Assembly (NCBI GenBank): GCA_043823065.1
Contig: JBDRBB010000022.1
Coordinates: forward strand, 1 to 11,299
Reading direction: 5' to 3'
Length of the DNA: 11,299 bases
Origin: Pseudomonadota bacterium
GTDB taxonomy: Bacteria; UBA10199; 2-02-FULL-44-16; DYJF01
The notes under the pieces were generated by a model. That model made no database searches, was not told the DNA's origin, and saw only the letters and a program-made list of their open reading frames with translations. Positions 7,801-11,299 of the stretch are shown here, one piece after another. Position 1 is the first letter of the stretch. Every line of letters starts with the position of its first letter. A program made the position numbers and the translations under genes.

Positions 7801-8946
7801 AAAGTTACTACAGCCAAACTCATGGATGATGATGAAGAAAAAGTGCTTCTGCCCAAAGGCAAAAAGCTAACTGAAGATATCTTAAATAAAATTCCATTTA
7901 AAAAGTGGAAATCTATTGAACTTGAAACCACAGAAGAATTTGAAGAAGAACTGGATGAATTGTTTGAATATGCTGCGGATCAGGAAGATGTGGTGCGCAT
8001 GAAATATGATAAGCGTTTTACGCGCTTATCCAAAGGTGATGAACTTCCTCCAGGCGTAATTAAGCTGGTCAAAATTTTTGTGGCCACCAAACGCAAACTT
8101 GCTGTGGGTGATAAAATGGCAGGTAGGCATGGTAACAAGGGAGTTATTTCAAGAATCTTGCCAGAAGAAGACTTGCCTTACACTGCTGATGGTCTCCCAG
8201 TTGATATTGTGCTTAACCCATTGGGAGTGCCGTCTCGTATGAACGTCGGCCAGATTTTGGAAACCCACTTGGGTTGGGGCGCAGCAGGTTTTGGCGATCA
8301 AATCAAAAAAGTTATAGCTGCAGGTGGAGATAAAGATGAGATTGGGAAGCTCTTAACTAAAGCCTATGGCGCTAGCGAAGAAATCAAAACCTTGGTGGAT
8401 AGGGCATCCCAAAAAGATTTGCGCGAATATACAACGCATATTTCCGAAGGAATACCCATGACCACGCCGGTGTTTGATGGTGCTGAAGAAGTGGATATCA
8501 AGAAAGTGCTCAAAGACAGTCACTTACCGGAAAGTGGGCAAACTATTCTTTATGATGGTCGTACTGGCGAAGCTTTTGATTCTCCAGTCACGGTGGGTGT
8601 GATGTATATGATGAAATTGCATCATTTGGTTGATGAAAAGATCCATGCCAGATCAATTGGTCCATATTCCTTGGTAACTCAACAGCCACTGGGCGGTAAG
8701 GCTCAGTTTGGTGGTCAAAGGTTGGGAGAAATGGAAGTTTGGGCCATGGAAGCCTATGGAGCAGCCTATGCCTTGCAAGAATTCTTGACCGTGAAATCAG
8801 ACGATGTTGCTGGTCGTACGCGCATGTATGAATCTTTGGTTAAAGGAGAAAAAGGTATTGAAATTGGTCTGCCCGAATCATTTAAGGTCCTGCTGAAAGA
8901 ATTGCAGGCCTTGTGTTTAGACGTCGACCTTTTAGAACATAAATAA
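4834..8946 (+). CDS. rpoB: DNA-directed RNA polymerase subunit beta (about 1370 aa)
   Basis: [23 protein letters not shown], Rif cluster [13 protein letters not shown]...[67 protein letters not shown] at 4823-4828 favours ATG 4834 over GTG 4828. Confidence 0.99.
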   Translation: MTAVPIGRIRRDFSQIKNVLDLPQLIEVQQKSFREFLQSDVTPEERLNFGLQGVFKSVFPIRGFTQSASLEFVSYHLDAPKYSEAECRTRGMTYAAPMRVLVRLVVWDIDEETHAQTIRDVKEQEVYFGEIPLMTDFGTFIINGIERVIVSQLHRSPGVFFEHDRGKTHSSGKLLYSARVIPYRGAWLDLEFDAKDILYVRIDRRRKMHATILLRALGYSAEDILNMYYHKEKIFIPNKTKLSKSVVPEVLCYQRAVKDIKDSNDEIIIKKDRKFNKNIIEKIKKAKIKEIPTTIEDIIGKIAAEDVVDANTGEVILEANHVLTEEIFDRLVEAKITEISLLYIDDLNVGPYLRNTLLTDKVNSPEEAKLEIYRRLRPGDPSTPESVAVLFENLFFNPERYDLSKVGRLKINYKFGINIPLEVGTLRKEDIVETVRYLAKLKDGEGEIDDIDHLGNRRVRSVGELLENQYRVGLVRMERAIRERMSLQDMETLMPHDLINAKPVQAAIKEFFGSSQLSQFLDQTNPLAEVTHKRRLSALGPGGLTRERAGFEVRDVHPTHYGRICPVETPEGPNIGLIASLSICARVNEFGFVETPYRKVENGKVTDDVVYCSALEEGTNLIAQATAPVDKAGRFTEDKVQCRLHGEFVLGNPKEVTLMDVSPQQLVSVAASLIPFLEHDDANRALMGSNMQRQAVPLLRTRAPLVGTGVEAIVARDSGVTVVAKHNGVVTEVDANRIVVQSEKSERKGDDSSANVYELVKFQRSNQGTCINQKPIVKKGDRIKKGDVIADGQATDRGELALGQNVLVAFMPWGGYNFEDSILISERLVKDDIFSSIHIEEFECTARDTKLGKEDISRDIPNVGDTALANLDAEGIIRVGAEIKKDDILVGKVTPKGETQLSPEERLLRAIFGDKAGDVKDSSLRVPPGVEGIVIHTQVFSREGSEHDILEEETEADGKNKGKIQKQMDIELKAIRESVGKKIKKLLAGKVTTAKLMDDDEEKVLLPKGKKLTEDILNKIPFKKWKSIELETTEEFEEELDELFEYAADQEDVVRMKYDKRFTRLSKGDELPPGVIKLVKIFVATKRKLAVGDKMAGRHGNKGVISRILPEEDLPYTADGLPVDIVLNPLGVPSRMNVGQILETHLGWGAAGFGDQIKKVIAAGGDKDEIGKLLTKAYGASEEIKTLVDRASQKDLREYTTHISEGIPMTTPVFDGAEEVDIKKVLKDSHLPESGQTILYDGRTGEAFDSPVTVGVMYMMKLHHLVDEKIHARSIGPYSLVTQQPLGGKAQFGGQRLGEMEVWAMEAYGAAYALQEFLTVKSDDVAGRTRMYESLVKGEKGIEIGLPESFKVLLKELQALCLDVDLLEHK

Positions 8947-8971
8947 AAGCATACCGTTTTTGGAGACAAAC

Positions 8972-11299
8972 ATGGATATTAATAAATTTTTTGAAAAGCC
9001 TAAAAATCCTATAAGCTATGATGGTTTGCAAATCAAAGTAGCTAGCCCGGAAAAGATTTTGCAATGGTCTCATGGCGAGGTAAAAAAACCGGAAACCATT
9101 AACTACCGCACTTTTAAGCCGGAAAGAGATGGGCTTTTCTGCGCTAAAATTTTCGGGCCAGTCAAAGACTACGAGTGTAATTGCGGAAAATATAAGCGCA
9201 TGAAGCATCGTGGTATTGTTTGCGAAAAGTGCGGTGTGGAAGTTATTCAAAGCAAAGTGCGGCGCGATCGCATGGGCCACATTACTTTGGCCGCTCCAGT
9301 TGCCCATATTTGGTTCTTAAAAAGTTTGCCTTCCCGCATCGGCACCATGTTAGATATTCCACTTAGAGATTTGGAGCGCATTTTATATTGTGAAGCTCAT
9401 GTGGTCTTAGATCCAGGCAACACAGACTTGCAAGAAGCTCAAATTTTGAAAGAAGATGAATTGCAAAAAGCTAATGAGCAATTTGCAGGTGGTTTTCGCG
9501 CAGGCATGGGTGGTGAAGCAGTTCGCGAATTGTTGTCCAAGGTTGACTTGGATGAGTTGTCTAAAAAATTGCGTAAAGATTTAAAGAAAACCAAGTCTGT
9601 GGCTACTTCAAAAAAGATTTCGCGCAGATTAAGATTGGTGGAACAGTTTAAAGAAGCAGGCAATCGTCCAGAATGGATGATGATTCAAGCCATACCAGTT
9701 TTGCCTCCAGATTTAAGACCACTTGTTCCGCTAGATGGCGGTCGTTTTGCCACCTCAGATTTAAATGATTTATATCGTCGGGTGATTAACCGCAATAATC
9801 GCCTCAAACGTTTATTGGAATTGAACGCTCCAGACATTATTATCCGCAATGAAAAGCGCATGTTGCAAGAAGCAGTAGATGCCTTGTTTGATAATGGCAG
9901 GCGTTCCAGACCCTTTGTTGGTCCCAACCGCAGACCTCTTAAATCTCTATCTGACATGCTCAAAGGAAAACAGGGACGTTTTCGCCAAAACCTTTTGGGT
10001 AAGCGCGTGGATTATTCTGGCCGTTCAGTTATCGTGGTTGGTCCAGAGCTTAGGTTGCATCAATGCGGTTTGCCTAAAATCATGGCGCATGAGCTTTTCA
10101 AGCCGTTTGTCATTAATCGTTTAATTGAAAAAGGTTTGGCTTCAACCATTAAAAGCGCCAAGCGTTTGGTAGAACGTGAAGGCTCAGAAGTATGGGATGC
10201 TTTAGATGAAGTAATTAAGGAACATCCAGTACTTTTAAACCGGGCGCCAACTTTGCATAGGCTTGGTATTCAAGCTTTTGAACCGGTTCTGGTAGAAGGC
10301 AAAGCCATTCAGTTGCATCCTCTGGTTTGTGCCGCATTTAACGCTGACTTTGACGGTGACCAAATGGCGGTGCACGTGCCCTTGTCGTTAGAAGCACAAA
10401 TTGAAGCCAGGGTGCTTTTGCTTTCCACAAACAACATTCTTTCGCCAGCTAATGGTAAGCCAATCATTGTTCCTACTCAGGATATGGTTTTAGGTTTGTA
10501 TTACATGACGCGTGAAGCAGCTTTTGCCAAAGGCGAAGGTTGTGTTTTTTCTAACCCCGATGAAGTACGCATTGCCTATGATGCTGGTACAGTTGCTCTA
10601 CAAGCCAAGATCAAAGTGCGTATCGACAAAAAGCTGGTTGAAACAACGGTGGGCAGAATTCTGCTTTATGAAGTTGTGCCTAAGCAGATTGGTTTTGATT
10701 ATGTAAATAAGGTTATGAACAAAGGTAAGGTTGCGGAGTTAATCGACCAATGCTACCGCATGTGTAAGGATAAAGAAACCGTGTTGCTTTGCGATCATTT
10801 GCGCACACTTGGTTTCAGACATGCCACCAAAGCTGGTATCTCCATTTGCATGGATGACATGGTTATTCCAGAAGCTAAGAGTAAGGTGTTGGAAAAAGCC
10901 TATGGCGAAGTTCATCAGGTAGAAGAGCAATATGCAGAAGGACTCATCACCTCAGGTGAAAAATATAACAAGGTGGTAGATATTTGGGCAGCAGCAACGG
11001 AAAATGTAGCTGGTGAAATGATGAAAGGCATGAGTCGCGAGATTGTTACTTCTGATGAAGGTAAAAAACGCGAGCAAATGAGCTTTAATCCTATTTTTAT
11101 TATGGCTGATTCTGGCGCCAGAGGGTCAGCTCAGCAGATGCGTCAGCTGGCTGGTATGCGCGGATTGATGGCCAAGCCTTCAGGTGAAATTATTGAAAAC
11201 CCAATTGTGGCCAACTTTCGCGAAGGATTAAACGTTTTACAATACTTTAGTTCAACACACGGTGCGCGTAAAGGTTTGGCTGATACGGCATTAAAGACA
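8972..11299 (+). CDS. rpoC: DNA-directed RNA polymerase subunit beta' (5' 776 codons, truncated by the window end)
   Basis: Not in the ORF track because there is no stop in the window. Manual translation is open from ATG 8972 (GGAG at 8962-8965): [13 protein letters not shown]...[25 protein letters not shown]; Zn ribbon ECNCGKYK...[27 protein letters not shown]; catalytic NADFDGD at 10340-10360; ends in the bridge helix [16 protein letters not shown]. Confidence 0.99.
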   Translation, partial: MDINKFFEKPKNPISYDGLQIKVASPEKILQWSHGEVKKPETINYRTFKPERDGLFCAKIFGPVKDYECNCGKYKRMKHRGIVCEKCGVEVIQSKVRRDRMGHITLAAPVAHIWFLKSLPSRIGTMLDIPLRDLERILYCEAHVVLDPGNTDLQEAQILKEDELQKANEQFAGGFRAGMGGEAVRELLSKVDLDELSKKLRKDLKKTKSVATSKKISRRLRLVEQFKEAGNRPEWMMIQAIPVLPPDLRPLVPLDGGRFATSDLNDLYRRVINRNNRLKRLLELNAPDIIIRNEKRMLQEAVDALFDNGRRSRPFVGPNRRPLKSLSDMLKGKQGRFRQNLLGKRVDYSGRSVIVVGPELRLHQCGLPKIMAHELFKPFVINRLIEKGLASTIKSAKRLVEREGSEVWDALDEVIKEHPVLLNRAPTLHRLGIQAFEPVLVEGKAIQLHPLVCAAFNADFDGDQMAVHVPLSLEAQIEARVLLLSTNNILSPANGKPIIVPTQDMVLGLYYMTREAAFAKGEGCVFSNPDEVRIAYDAGTVALQAKIKVRIDKKLVETTVGRILLYEVVPKQIGFDYVNKVMNKGKVAELIDQCYRMCKDKETVLLCDHLRTLGFRHATKAGISICMDDMVIPEAKSKVLEKAYGEVHQVEEQYAEGLITSGEKYNKVVDIWAAATENVAGEMMKGMSREIVTSDEGKKREQMSFNPIFIMADSGARGSAQQMRQLAGMRGLMAKPSGEIIENPIVANFREGLNVLQYFSSTHGARKGLADTALKT

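Noticed and set aside
8930..8990. Possible rpoB-rpoC fusion (as in Helicobacter and Wolbachia)
   Set aside because: rpoB ends with TAA at 8944-8946, and rpoC starts 25 nt later in a different frame with its own GGAG RBS.
9879..10706. Plus-strand ORFs 9879-10124 and 10512-10706
   Set aside because: Out-of-frame ORFs inside the continuous rpoC reading frame, with no domain signal.
10751..10852. Cys cluster in RpoC (CYRMC...LCDH...SICM) as a novel metal site
   Set aside because: The cysteines fall at positions usually occupied by small or hydrophobic residues in a helical region. There is no CxxC pairing and no further support without a structure.
578..10930. All minus-strand ORFs in the track (578-961, 1272-1502, 2772-3056, 4027-4224, 4239-4631, 5584-5796, 6356-6580, 6889-7245, 7344-7637, 7644-7931, 8766-8969, 8882-9307, 9439-9663, 9685-9963, 10739-10930)
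   Set aside because: They are antisense shadows of highly conserved genes, mostly Ser/Leu/Phe-rich, with no recognisable motifs. 1272-1502 also spans the tRNA antisense.
8972..11299. Absence of rpoC from the ORF track suggesting a pseudogene, frameshift or recoding
   Set aside because: Manual translation gives 776 uninterrupted codons to the window edge. It is missing only because the stop codon is outside the window.
4834..11299. Inteins or introns in rpoB/rpoC
   Set aside because: Conserved motifs are colinear with normal spacing, the variable segments correspond to known lineage-specific insertion sites, and no intein splice-junction or homing-endonuclease motifs were seen.

Overview
This window is the conserved bacterial tuf-rpmG-trnW-secE-nusG-rplK-rplA-rplJ-rplL-rpoB-rpoC cluster, entirely on the + strand and intact. 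rpoC runs off the right edge. The ORF track omits rpmG (49 aa), tRNA-Trp and rpoC, and it extends several starts too far upstream (secE, nusG, rplK, rplL, probably rpoB). RpoB and RpoC signatures and a long three-helix SecE suggest an AT-rich Deltaproteobacteria-like organism (Myxococcota/Desulfobacterota/Bdellovibrionota neighbourhood); this is an inference. I see no mobile element, CRISPR array, intron, intein or novel protein system, and I cannot support a claim of a new biological system here. The signals worth a second look are non-coding or compositional. (1) An inverted GAC-N4 heptamer-repeat hairpin sits where the L10 leader is normally found. (2) A second GAC-N4 heptamer array lies just upstream of rpoB. 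(3) A candidate three-way-junction RNA lies between rplJ and rplL. (4) tuf codon usage differs sharply from its neighbours. (5) tRNA-Trp lacks an encoded CCA and its leader and trailer can pair. (6) RNA polymerase carries a few substitutions in conserved motifs.
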